A stretch of DNA of 64,000 nt from Vicinamibacteraceae bacterium (GTDB lineage Bacteria > Acidobacteriota > Vicinamibacteria > Vicinamibacterales > UBA8438), in the NCBI GenBank assembly GCA_012271165.1, contig JAAXGX010000197.1, positions 34,145-98,144 on the forward strand, given 5' to 3'. A program made the translations under genes and the position numbers. Positions 36,289 through 45,429 of the stretch are shown here, in pieces (positions within the stretch are counted from its first letter, which is position 1; each line of letters opens with the position of its first letter). The notes below the pieces were generated by a model that worked only from the letters and a program-made list of their open reading frames with translations, did no database searches and had not been told where the DNA came from.

Positions 36289-38139
36289 CTACGCCGTCGC
36301 CGCCGGGCCGGACGCCTCCGGCTTCCCGGCGTCGGTGCGCGGGGTCCACAGCACGTCGATCGCGTAGCCGAGGTCGAGCCGGCCGCCGCCCCCGACCGGG
36401 GTCGCCGCGTCCGGCCCGATGCGGATGCCGGCCGCGTGCAGGCGGCCCGCGGTCGGTGCCAGCGCCGGCCCCGTCCACTCCTCGGCGGGCGGCGCCGCCG
36501 GCAGCAGGCGTCCGTCCGGCCAGCGGAACTCGGCCGCGCCGTCAGGCCCCAGGCGCACCGTGAACCCCTCCTCGTGCACCGCCCGATGGTGCCGCCGGCA
36601 CAGCCGCACCAGGTTCGAGAGCTTCGTCGCCCCGCCGTCCGCCCAGTGCTCCACGTGGTGAACATCGCAGTGCCGCGCCTGGCAGCCCGGGAACCGGCAG
36701 CGCCGGTCGCGCGCCTCCAGCGCCCGCCGCAGCGCCGGCGGCACCGTCCGCGCCTTGCGTCCCACGTCGAGCACGGCGCCGTGCCCCGCATGCCGCATCA
36801 CCACCAGCGCCGCATCGCACGCCAGCCGCCGCGACGTCTCCGCGGAGACGCGTAGCCCGTCGGCGTCCTCCAGCGCGGCTTGGCCGGCCGGCGGCGCCGG
36901 CCGCAGGCATGCCGCCTGTGCGCCTGCCCCGACCGTGCCGCCGCATCCGCATGCCGGCGCGTCGGTTTCGGCGGCAGCCTCTGCCCGCTCGTGATCCCCG
37001 GTCCCAGCGGCCGCGGCCTCGTCTCCGGATAGGCTTGCCACCCCATGGGCATCGGCGCTGCTACTGCCCCGCGGCGTCTCCGCGGAGACGCGAACCGCGC
37101 CCGCTTCCGCCGGACCGGCGGCGTCCGGCAACGGCGCCGGCTGGCGCCCGCCGTCGTCGCCGACGTCAGCCGGCGACACAACCTGCAGCGACTCGGCCTC
37201 GACGTGCAGGACCACCTGGTAACGGTCGCCCACCGTCCCCCGGTCCAGCCCGCCCGCCAGCGCGCTCTCGGCCACCAGCCCCAGCGCGTCCGCCCGCCGC
37301 TGCCCCGTGCTCGTCTCCGCCGCCTCGTCCGGGGACACCTCCGCCCGCAGCCGGTCGGCCGCCGCCTCCAGCGCCTGCCGCACCACCGCCCCCACCTCGG
37401 GCGCCAGCCGGCCGCGGACGACCACCATTCCGTCGTCGTCCACCCAGGTCTGCAGCTCGCGCCCCTCGTGCCGCTGCCGGTCGGCGTCGGCCTCGGCCTG
37501 CCGGTCCACGCGCTGCCACGCCCGGGTGAGCCGCTCGACCTGGGCGGCCGTGGCGCAGCGGGCGCAATCAAGCAGCCGCGCCTCGTTGGCCGGCGTGGCC
37601 ACCCGCGTCAGCGCGCGCACCTTCGAGTAGGAGAGCTGCCCGCGCCGCATGGCCGTGGCGAGCAGCGGCAGCGCGCCCAGCGCGCGGGCGACGCGCACCT
37701 TCTCGCGGGCGGCCCCCGGGGCGAGTCCGGTGCGCCAGTGTAGCCAGTGGGCGCAGGAGGGGAAGCCGGCCCAGCCCTGCCGGGCGTCGAACTCGCGCAG
37801 CATGACCAGCAGCTCGTAGGTGGCCGCCTGGATGCGGGCGGCCAGCTTCGCGATGTCGTCGCCGAGCCGCGCGGACGTCTTGCGCCGCCGCGCGATGTCG
37901 TCGCCGGGCGGCGCCGGCCCCTGCGGTTCCTGGCCGTCGGGCGCCGGGCCCCGCGACTCCTCGCCCGGCCATACCGGGACCGCCGCGGCGGGCGGACCGA
38001 CCGGCACGGGGGTCGCCTCGTCCGGGCGAGGCGTCGCAGTCGGTGCCGGTGGGAGAGCTGGTGGGACAGGTGCGCCATGCGGCGTTGCGTCGGGCCGGGG
38101 AACAGGGATCATGAATCCATTGTAACCCGTTGTTTTCAA
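36289..38139 (-). CDS. DUF222 (13E12-repeat-type) HNH endonuclease
   Basis: The motifs are AATYELLVMLREFDARQGW, SCAHWLHWRTGL and GQLSYSKVRALTRV, plus C-terminal CRFPGC....CDVHHVEHWADGG.T.L.NLVRLCRRHH. The start is uncertain. Confidence 0.75.
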   Translation of the reverse strand: MKTTGYNGFMIPVPRPDATPHGAPVPPALPPAPTATPRPDEATPVPVGPPAAAVPVWPGEESRGPAPDGQEPQGPAPPGDDIARRRKTSARLGDDIAKLAARIQAATYELLVMLREFDARQGWAGFPSCAHWLHWRTGLAPGAAREKVRVARALGALPLLATAMRRGQLSYSKVRALTRVATPANEARLLDCARCATAAQVERLTRAWQRVDRQAEADADRQRHEGRELQTWVDDDGMVVVRGRLAPEVGAVVRQALEAAADRLRAEVSPDEAAETSTGQRRADALGLVAESALAGGLDRGTVGDRYQVVLHVEAESLQVVSPADVGDDGGRQPAPLPDAAGPAEAGAVRVSAETPRGSSSADAHGVASLSGDEAAAAGTGDHERAEAAAETDAPACGCGGTVGAGAQAACLRPAPPAGQAALEDADGLRVSAETSRRLACDAALVVMRHAGHGAVLDVGRKARTVPPALRRALEARDRRCRFPGCQARHCDVHHVEHWADGGATKLSNLVRLCRRHHRAVHEEGFTVRLGPDGAAEFRWPDGRLLPAAPPAEEWTGPALAPTAGRLHAAGIRIGPDAATPVGGGGRLDLGYAIDVLWTPRTDAGKPEASGPAATA

Positions 38140-38175
38140 AGGGCTTGAAAGCCGACAGGAGGCGCTTTCCGGGCT

Positions 38176-38837
38176 TCAGGGTCGCCTCGCGACGGTTTCG
38201 ACGCGCGGTCGGCCGCCAGCGGCGCGCTGAGGCGGTGTCGAGAGCATTCCACGACCGGCACGCAACTCTCCGAAACTGGGCACCGGATTGGCTGTCAAGG
38301 AAGAATTTGGAATCTGGGCCAAGGACGCTGTCTGCAGGCGCACGCCACGGGTCGGGCCCGCGTAGTAGGTCCGGTCCGCATTCAGCCGGGCTTCCACGGC
38401 CCCGGCCGCCAAGCGAAGAGCCTGCTGGCGGGCGGCCCGTTCGATGGCCTCGAAATCCAGCCCGTCGACCGCCCCCAGCCCCACGAGCGCTTTGATTTCG
38501 GCGTGGACCTCGACCGTGACCCCTTCCCTGAAGCCCCTTTTCTTGCCGCCTCGGGGGCGTCCCCGCGACCGGCCGACAGTCGCGTGTGGCACAGGGTGTC
38601 GCTGACCTCGATCAGCTCCCCTCGGAAGTCTCCTCCGCCGATCACGATCGTGACGTGCACCCGCCCCATGCACCCGCCGCTCATCTTGCGCTTGACGCCG
38701 CGGGGCTTCTTCTGCTCACGACTGGGGACCACCCGCTCTTCCAGGATCTCGTCCAGCACGCGGTTGCGAGACCGCTCAATGTTGTTTGTGCTGAGCTGGA
38801 GCGCTTGATGGAGCGCGATCGATGGTTGTGTCTCCAC
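38176..38837 (-). pseudogene. frameshifted, truncated mobile-element (transposase-like) ORF remnant; family uncertain
   Basis: Two overlapping minus-strand frames (38382-38837 and 38176-38673) read through each other near 38560-38600. The joined text is ...RVHVTIVIGGGDFRGELIEVSDT.../...EVHAEIKALVGLGAVDGLDFEAIERAARQQALRLAAGAVEARLNAD.... It then degenerates and lacks a catalytic domain. Confidence 0.35.
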
Positions 38838-38862
38838 GAGAGTTCCGCGGATCTTATTGCCC

Positions 38863-40155
38863 CTACCAGCGGAACGCGCCGGTCGCCAGCGCGCCGGCCG
38901 CCATCAGGAGGGTGAGCGCGAACGCGTAGGGGATGGTCCGCCGCTGGTGGTCGCCGAGGTCGACGCCGGCCAGCCCGGTCAGCAGGAACGTCGCGGGCGT
39001 CAGCGGGCTGACGGGGAACCCCGTGGTCATCTGGCCCAGCAGCGCGGCCCGGGCCACCTCCACCCCCGGCACGCCGGCCACGCCGGAGGCTTCGGCGATC
39101 ACCGGCAGCACGCCGAAGTAGAACGAGTCGGGATCGAACAGCAGGCTGAGCGGCATCGCGGCCGCGGCCATCATCGGCGGCAGGTGGGTCGCCGCGCCGG
39201 ACGGCAGCGCCGCGACCAGGCTCTGTCCCATCGCCGCGAGCATGCCCGACTCGCGGAGGACGCCGGCGAAGACCCCGGCCGCCAGGATCAGCGCGACCAT
39301 CGACATGGCGTGGCTGCCGTGCCGCGCGATCTGCTCGCTCTGCGCCGCCGGCTGCGGGTGGTTGACCAGGAGCGCCACGGCCAGGGCGCAGATGAAGACC
39401 ACGGGCGGCGGCAGCGGCGCGAGCACCAGGGCCGCGAGCGTCGCGGCAGTCAGCAGCGCGTTGAAGGCCAGTCGCCGCGGGCGGACTTGCGCCGTCGCCG
39501 TGTTCGGCTCAGTGGCAGGCTCCCCCGCGGGCTGTCCGGCCGGCCGGAGGCGCCGCCGCTCGCAGTGGCCCATCCAGGCCGCGGCCGCGAGCACGCCCAG
39601 CAGGCCGAGTGCGAGCGAGGGCAGCAGGGGGCGGAAGAGCAGTCCGACCTCGACCTGGAGGGCGGCGGCCGCCCGCAGCATGGGGCCGCCCCAGGGCATG
39701 ATGTTCATCGTCCCGGCGGCGAGAGCCGCCGTGCACGCCAGCACGCGCCGGTCGAGGCCCAGACGGTCGTAGACGGGCAGCAGGGCCGGAATCACGATCA
39801 GGAACGTCGACGCGCCCGAGCCGTCCAGGTGGCAGAGCATGCTCACGACGGCGGTGCCGGCGACGAGGCGGACCGGATCGCCGCGGCAGCCGCGCACGAC
39901 GGCGCGGATCACCGGCGAGAACAGGCCGGCGTCGTTCATGACCCCGAAGTAGAGCACCGCGAAGCCCAGCATCGCGGCCGTGCCGGAGACGCCCTGGATG
40001 CCCGCCAGCGCGTACGTCCCGATATCGCGGCCGAAGCCGGCCAGCAGCCCCACGCCCAGGGGCACGACGACCAGGGCGACCAGGACGGACGTCAACCGGA
40101 AGAGGATCAGGACGAGGAGGGCGGCGATGGTGGCGGCGCCGAGTGCGGTCAGCAT
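38863..40155 (-). CDS. CitMHS-family (metal-citrate) transporter
   Basis: The 430-aa polytopic ORF has [19 protein letters not shown] and MNIMPWGGP motifs. Confidence 0.75.
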   Translation of the reverse strand: MLTALGAATIAALLVLILFRLTSVLVALVVVPLGVGLLAGFGRDIGTYALAGIQGVSGTAAMLGFAVLYFGVMNDAGLFSPVIRAVVRGCRGDPVRLVAGTAVVSMLCHLDGSGASTFLIVIPALLPVYDRLGLDRRVLACTAALAAGTMNIMPWGGPMLRAAAALQVEVGLLFRPLLPSLALGLLGVLAAAAWMGHCERRRLRPAGQPAGEPATEPNTATAQVRPRRLAFNALLTAATLAALVLAPLPPPVVFICALAVALLVNHPQPAAQSEQIARHGSHAMSMVALILAAGVFAGVLRESGMLAAMGQSLVAALPSGAATHLPPMMAAAAMPLSLLFDPDSFYFGVLPVIAEASGVAGVPGVEVARAALLGQMTTGFPVSPLTPATFLLTGLAGVDLGDHQRRTIPYAFALTLLMAAGALATGAFRW

Positions 40156-40179
40156 CGGGACGCCGCCACCGGGGCGCGC

Positions 40180-41883
40180 TCAGTCGCGCAGGGCGAAGGT
40201 CGACAGCGAGTGGCCGGAGATGATGGCCACGTACTGCCGGCCGTCCACCTCGTAGGTCACCGGGCCGTTGATGATCTGGCTGCCGAGGCTGGCCTTCCAC
40301 AGCAGGTCGCCGGTGCGGGCGTCCAGGGCCTGGAAGTAGCCGGACCGGGCGCCTGTGAACAGCAGGTCCGACGCCGTCGTGAGGATGCCGCTGCGGATGA
40401 CGTCCGTCATCTCGAACCGCCACTGCTCCTCGCCGGTCAGCGGATCCAGCGCGAGCACGGCCCCGCGGCCCCCGACCTCGGTCCAGTTGTTGATCGGACC
40501 GCGGGTCAGCGTGGGCGGGACGGGCGCATCCGGTACGGGCTGCCAGGTTCTCGGAAAGTCGAGGCGGCGGCCGGTGAAGGACCGGCCCGGGACGTAGACC
40601 TGCGGCGCGGCATCGAAGACCGTGGCGTAGTCCTCCCAGGCCGGGACGTAAAACAGCTCCGTCCGCGGGCTGTAGGATGGCGAGTACCAGTTCGTCGCGC
40701 CCGATATGCCCGGATACGTGGGCTCCCCGGCGGGCTGCGGGGTCTCGACCGGACGCCCGCTGTCGTCCAGCGCCTCGGCCCAGTTGACCGACACGAACGG
40801 GCGGCCGGTCAGAAAGCGGCCCGTCGCCCGATCCAGCACGTAGTAGAAGCCGTTGCGGTTGGCGAACAGCAGCACCTTGAAGAGCGTGTCGTTGCGGGTG
40901 ATGTCCGCCAGCACCGGAATCTGGACCGCGTCGTAGTCGTACGGGTCGTCCGGCGTGAACTGGAAGTGCCAGCGCAGCTCCCCGGTGTCGGCGTCGAGCG
41001 CCACCACCGAGCAGGAGTAGAGGTTGTCGCCCGGCCGCTGCGCCCGGTTGTAGTCGGGACCCGGGTTGCCGGTGCCCCAGTAGATCAGGTTCAGCTCCGG
41101 GTCGTACGAGCCCGTGAGCCAGGCTGCGGCCCCGCCGTGCATCCAGGCCTCCGGGTCGCAGTAGGTCTCCGGATTGGGCGGACACGGCTCCCAGGTCTCG
41201 TGACCCGGCTCGCCGGGTCCCGGAATCGTGTAGAAGCGCCAGACCTCCTCGCCGGTCTCGGCGTCGAGCGCCGCGATGAACCCGCGGATGCCCTGGTCGC
41301 CGCCCGTGGAGCCGACGATGATCTTGCCCTCGACGGCCAGCGGCGCCAGCGTGAAGGCGTAGGCCAGCGTCATGTCCGCCACCCGGGTGTTCCATATCTC
41401 CACGCCCGTCGTCGCGTCGATCGCCACGACGTGGGCATCCAGCGTGGCCATGAACACCTTGTCGCCGAGCACCGCCACGCCGCGGTTGTTCGCCCCGCAG
41501 CAGGCGAGGTGGTTGGGCGACGTCGGATAGCGGTAGATCCAGAACACGCGTCCGGTCCGGGCGTCGAGGGCGACGATGTCGTTCGGCCGCTGCGTCAGGT
41601 ACATCACCCCGTCGACCACGATCGGCGTCGTCTGCCACGGCCCCGCCACGGCGGTCTGGTACACCCACTGCAGCGCGAGGCCGCCGACGTTGTCGGGGTT
41701 GATCTGGTCGAGCTCGCTGTAGCGTTGGCCGAAGTAGTCGCCCGAGTAGGTCAGCCAGTTCTGCGGCTCGTCCGCCGTGCCGCGCAGGCGGTCGAAGGTC
41801 ACCTGCGCCGACAGCGGAGCGGACAGCAGGCCGACGAGAACCGTCCCGAGCACCGCGCGCCGGACCATCGCTCCTGAGGTCAT
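40180..41883 (-). CDS. PQQ-dependent alcohol dehydrogenase (methanol/ethanol family quinoprotein), periplasmic
   Basis: The start is MTSGAMVRR with a signal peptide. It has the vicinal Cys pair LACCGANNRG (41497-41502) and DPYDYDAV (D-Y-D at 40930-40938). Its ATG overlaps the stop of the upstream gene (ATGA). Confidence 0.85.
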   Translation of the reverse strand: MTSGAMVRRAVLGTVLVGLLSAPLSAQVTFDRLRGTADEPQNWLTYSGDYFGQRYSELDQINPDNVGGLALQWVYQTAVAGPWQTTPIVVDGVMYLTQRPNDIVALDARTGRVFWIYRYPTSPNHLACCGANNRGVAVLGDKVFMATLDAHVVAIDATTGVEIWNTRVADMTLAYAFTLAPLAVEGKIIVGSTGGDQGIRGFIAALDAETGEEVWRFYTIPGPGEPGHETWEPCPPNPETYCDPEAWMHGGAAAWLTGSYDPELNLIYWGTGNPGPDYNRAQRPGDNLYSCSVVALDADTGELRWHFQFTPDDPYDYDAVQIPVLADITRNDTLFKVLLFANRNGFYYVLDRATGRFLTGRPFVSVNWAEALDDSGRPVETPQPAGEPTYPGISGATNWYSPSYSPRTELFYVPAWEDYATVFDAAPQVYVPGRSFTGRRLDFPRTWQPVPDAPVPPTLTRGPINNWTEVGGRGAVLALDPLTGEEQWRFEMTDVIRSGILTTASDLLFTGARSGYFQALDARTGDLLWKASLGSQIINGPVTYEVDGRQYVAIISGHSLSTFALRD

Positions 41884-42968
41884 TGTCTTCCGTCCCCCGC
41901 CGCCTCGGTGGCCATCCGCTCGAGGTTGCGGTTGATCTCGAGGATGTGGCGGATGTCGTGGTTGCCCTCGTGGCAGCCGTACTCGTACAGCGGCCCCTCG
42001 ATCCTGACCATCGGCAGCTCCACCGTCCACCGGCTCACCCACGTCGTCGGGTCGCTGACCGTGAACTCGTAGTGAATCTGGTCGGGGCTGGCCGTGGGCG
42101 TGAAGCGCTCCACGACGTGCAGGGCGCCCGTGGCGCCGCGGAAGCGCCGCCGCTCGGCGTAGTTGCGCGTCTCGATCACCAGCGTGTCGCCTTCCCAGCG
42201 CCCGCGCGAGTCGCCGGGGAACTGGCGGATCCGGTCGGAGATGTGCGGGCGCCCGTCGAGCGGGACGATGCGCGGCGGGTTGTTGGCCATCTCGGTGTGC
42301 ACCACGATGTGGTCCGGGGTCTGGAAGATCTGGTGGATGTCGTTGTACGACGGCGGCATCATCGGCGGTCCCTCGTGCCCCCAGGTGATGCACCGCTCGC
42401 TGTGCGGCCGGGTCTCGTGGCTGTCGAACACCTCGCGCATCGCGCGAGCGTGCGCCGCCCGCGCGGCGCCCTGCGGCGTCAGGGCGGGCATCCGGCCGTT
42501 GCGCGGGTAGGTGATCAGCGATGTCCGGCGGGTCGACAGGCCCTTCGGCACCGGCGTGCGCAGCCAGATCTCGTTGTCGTAGTGGATGTGGTGGCGTTCC
42601 TCCCGCGTGCGGTTGCCCTGGAACTTGTAGCGCTCGAGCTCCTCCCGGTCCTCGAGCTCGATGAGGGTGAGGATTTCGCGCGCGGAGGGATCGACGCCCG
42701 CTGCCGTGAGCGTGTCCTGCAGGTAGGCCCACTCCTCCTCGGTGAAGAACTCCTTGTCGGCCAGATGATCGGGCCGCTCGAGCGGCGTGAAGGTCTGGGT
42801 CGTCCAGTACCCCTGCAGATCGGGTCGGCCGTCGGGGGTGCGCTGGAACGCCTGCTCCGCTGTCCCGTCCGGGGCGGGCTGCGCCTGATTCTGCGCGGAT
42901 GCCGGGACCGGCGCCAGGAGCCCGACGGCGACGACTGCTGCCAGCGCGATACGAGCGGCGTGGCTCAT
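41880..42968 (-). CDS. secreted protein, CHEGN-motif family (paralog 4 of 6, long subtype)
   Basis: The start MSHAARIALAAV follows AGGGAGGA. It has the motifs RTPDGRPDLQGYW, RTSLITYPRNGRMP, ERCI, PRIVPLDGRPH, GDSRGRWEGDTLVIET and YEYGCHEGNHDIRHILEINRNLER. Confidence 0.85.
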   Translation of the reverse strand: MSHAARIALAAVVAVGLLAPVPASAQNQAQPAPDGTAEQAFQRTPDGRPDLQGYWTTQTFTPLERPDHLADKEFFTEEEWAYLQDTLTAAGVDPSAREILTLIELEDREELERYKFQGNRTREERHHIHYDNEIWLRTPVPKGLSTRRTSLITYPRNGRMPALTPQGAARAAHARAMREVFDSHETRPHSERCITWGHEGPPMMPPSYNDIHQIFQTPDHIVVHTEMANNPPRIVPLDGRPHISDRIRQFPGDSRGRWEGDTLVIETRNYAERRRFRGATGALHVVERFTPTASPDQIHYEFTVSDPTTWVSRWTVELPMVRIEGPLYEYGCHEGNHDIRHILEINRNLERMATEAAGDGRQ

Positions 42969-43079
42969 CTGATCCTCCCTCGGCTGCGGCCGACTGGCCG
43001 CATGGATACGGAGCATGACGTGAGGCGGGAGCGGTGCGCGGCGCGCCGGACCGTCCGGCGCGCCGCGCACGAAGCGGAT

Positions 43080-44162
43080 CTACTTGCCTTCGGCGGCGGC
43101 GGCGGCGGCGGCAGCAGCGGCGGCCTCGGCCGCCATCCGCTCGAGGTTGCGGTTGATCTCCTGGATGTGGCGGATGTCGTGGTTGCCCTCGTGGCAGCCG
43201 TACTCGTACATCGGCCCCTCGGTCCTGATCATCGGGACTTCGGCGCTCCACGAGCTTTGCCACGTCGTCGGATCGTCGATGGTGAACTCGTAGTGGATCT
43301 GGTCCTCGGCGACGCGCGTGAAGCGCTCCACGACGTGCCGGAACTGGTTCGAGCCGCGGTAGTTCCGGCGCGCGATGAAGTTCTTCGACTCGACCACCAG
43401 CGTGTCGCCCTCCCACCAGCCGCGCGAGTCGCCGTTGTACTGGCGAATGTCGTCCGCGATGTGCGGGCGCCCGTCGAGCGGGATGATGCGGGGCAGGCCG
43501 GTGCCCAGCTCGGTGAAGACGACGACGTGGTCCTTCGTCTGGAAGATCTGGTGGATGTCGTTGTACGACGGCGGCAGTATCGGCGGCCCCTCGTGCCGCC
43601 ACGCGATGCAGCGCTCCGGCAGCGGCCGGGTCTCGTAGCTGTCGAAAACGTTGCGCATCGCGGCCTCGTGGGCGATGCGCGCGGCGCCCGCGGGCGTCAG
43701 GGGCGGAATCCGGCCGTTGGGCGGGTCCGTGATCAGCGACGTCCGGCGGCTCGACAGGCCCTTGGGCACGGGCGTGCGCAGCCAGACCTGGTTGTCGTAG
43801 TGCACGTACGACGCGTCGCGGTTCTCCTGATACAGCGCCTCTTCGCGCTCCGCGTCGTCCTCGATGGCGATGGCGTCACGCCGCAGCGGATCGACGCCTT
43901 CGGCCGTGAGCTGCCGCTGCAGCTCGGCGACCTCCTCCTCCGTGAAGAACGCCTTGTCGCCGAGGTGCTCCGGACGCTCGACGGGCGTGAAGGTCTGAGT
44001 CGTCCAGTAGCCTTGCATGTCCGGGTGGCCGTCCGGCGTGCGCGGCATGGTCCACGCCGCGGACGCGTCAGTCTCGCCCTCGACCTGCGCGGCCGCGGAG
44101 ACGGGCGCCAGCAGCGTGATGACGACGAGCGCTGCCGATGCAGCAAGAGTGGAGTGCCTCAT
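43080..44162 (-). CDS. secreted protein, CHEGN-motif family (paralog 5 of 6, long subtype, poly-Ala tail)
   Basis: The start MRHSTLAASAAL follows GGGGAGGA. It has the same motif set as paralog 4. The C-terminus is EAAAAAAAAAAAEGK. Confidence 0.85.
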   Translation of the reverse strand: MRHSTLAASAALVVITLLAPVSAAAQVEGETDASAAWTMPRTPDGHPDMQGYWTTQTFTPVERPEHLGDKAFFTEEEVAELQRQLTAEGVDPLRRDAIAIEDDAEREEALYQENRDASYVHYDNQVWLRTPVPKGLSSRRTSLITDPPNGRIPPLTPAGAARIAHEAAMRNVFDSYETRPLPERCIAWRHEGPPILPPSYNDIHQIFQTKDHVVVFTELGTGLPRIIPLDGRPHIADDIRQYNGDSRGWWEGDTLVVESKNFIARRNYRGSNQFRHVVERFTRVAEDQIHYEFTIDDPTTWQSSWSAEVPMIRTEGPMYEYGCHEGNHDIRHIQEINRNLERMAAEAAAAAAAAAAAEGK

Positions 44163-44270
44163 CAGATCCTCCCCTACCGACCGATGGATACGCGAGTATG
44201 ACGCCTGCCCGGGGCCGGTGCAAGCGGGAACCGCACCGGCCCGGAGCGGTTCCCGCAACGCCGCGAGGCA

Positions 44271-45338
44271 CTACCTCGACGCCGCGGCTGCCGCCGCCTC
44301 GGCCGCCTGGCGCTCGAGGTTGCGGTTGATCTCGAGGATGTGGCGGATGTCGTGGTTGCCCTCGTGGCAGCCGTACTCGTACATCGGCCCCTCGGTCCTG
44401 ATCATCGGGACCTCGGCGCTCCACCGGCTGGTCCACGTGGTCGGGTCGTCGACGGTGACCTCGTACCGGATCGTATCCTCGGCGACGCGCGTGAAGCGCT
44501 CCACGACGTGTCGGAACTGGTTCGAGCCGCGGTAGTTCCGGCGCGCGATGAAGTTCTTCGACTCGACGACCAGCGTGTCGCCTTCCCAGCGCGCGCGCGA
44601 GCTGCCGCCGAACTGGCGAACGGTCTCGGGCAGGTGCGGGCGGTCGTCGAGCGGGATGATGCGCGGCAGGCCGGTCCCTATCTCCGTGAACAGCACGATG
44701 TGGTCCGGGGTCTGGAAGATCTGGTGGATGTCGTTGTAGGCGGGGGGCAGCATCGGCGGTCCCTCGTGGGCCCAGATGATGCACCGCTCCATCAGCGGGC
44801 GCGTCTCGTAGCCGTCGAACACGTTGCGCATCGCGCGCTCGTGCGCCACGCGGGCGGCGCCCTGGGGCGTCATGGGCGGGAACCGGCCGTTGCGCGGATA
44901 GGTGATCAGCGAGGTCCGCCGGCTCGACAGGCCCTTCGGCACCGGCGTTCGCAGCCACACCTGGTTGTCGTAATGGACGTACGACGCCTCGCGGTTCTCC
45001 TGGTAGAGCGCCTCCTCGCGGACGTTCGGATCCCCGATCTCGACGGCGTCGCGCCGCAGGGGATCGACGCCCTCCGCCGTGAGCTGCCGCTGCAGCAGCG
45101 CCAGCTCCTCGTCCGAGAAGAATTCCTGATCGGCCAGCCGCTCGGGCCGCTCGACCGGCGTGAACGTCTGGGTCGTCCAGTAGCCCTGCATGTCGGGCTG
45201 GCCGTCCGGGGTACGCGGCAGCGTCCACTCGGCGCCGCCGTCCGCGGCCTCCTGGGCCTGCGCCGCCCCCACGGCGGCGACCGATGTCAACGCTGCGACG
45301 ACGACTACGGTGACAAGCGCGGCAAGGCTGCGGTGCAT
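44271..45338 (-). CDS. secreted protein, CHEGN-motif family (paralog 6 of 6, long subtype)
   Basis: The start MHRSLAALVTVV follows AGGGAGGG. It has the same motif set as paralogs 4 and 5. Confidence 0.85.
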   Translation of the reverse strand: MHRSLAALVTVVVVAALTSVAAVGAAQAQEAADGGAEWTLPRTPDGQPDMQGYWTTQTFTPVERPERLADQEFFSDEELALLQRQLTAEGVDPLRRDAVEIGDPNVREEALYQENREASYVHYDNQVWLRTPVPKGLSSRRTSLITYPRNGRFPPMTPQGAARVAHERAMRNVFDGYETRPLMERCIIWAHEGPPMLPPAYNDIHQIFQTPDHIVLFTEIGTGLPRIIPLDDRPHLPETVRQFGGSSRARWEGDTLVVESKNFIARRNYRGSNQFRHVVERFTRVAEDTIRYEVTVDDPTTWTSRWSAEVPMIRTEGPMYEYGCHEGNHDIRHILEINRNLERQAAEAAAAAASR

Positions 45339-45429
45339 CTGACCCTCCCTGATCGCGTACAAGCAATTGTGATTCGAACAGTATACCGCCGCGGCCCTGG
45401 CGGCCGCGCCGGTGCGCACGTTCCCCGTC

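Noticed and set aside
33519-36791. A 1090-aa minus-strand ORF and a 780-aa plus-strand ORF (33663-36005), each taken as a single gene
   Set aside because: Each is a real gene extended by shadow sequence: 33519-34871 on the minus strand and 35007-36005 on the plus strand. The real starts are marked by GGAGG-type RBSs and signal peptides.
40180-43602. A 1140-aa minus-strand ORF read as one giant protein
   Set aside because: Only the distal 567 codons (from the ATG at 41883, the PQQ alcohol dehydrogenase) are meaningful. The upstream part is an off-frame read through the two CHEGN paralog genes, which have their own RBS, signal peptides and conserved motifs in another frame.
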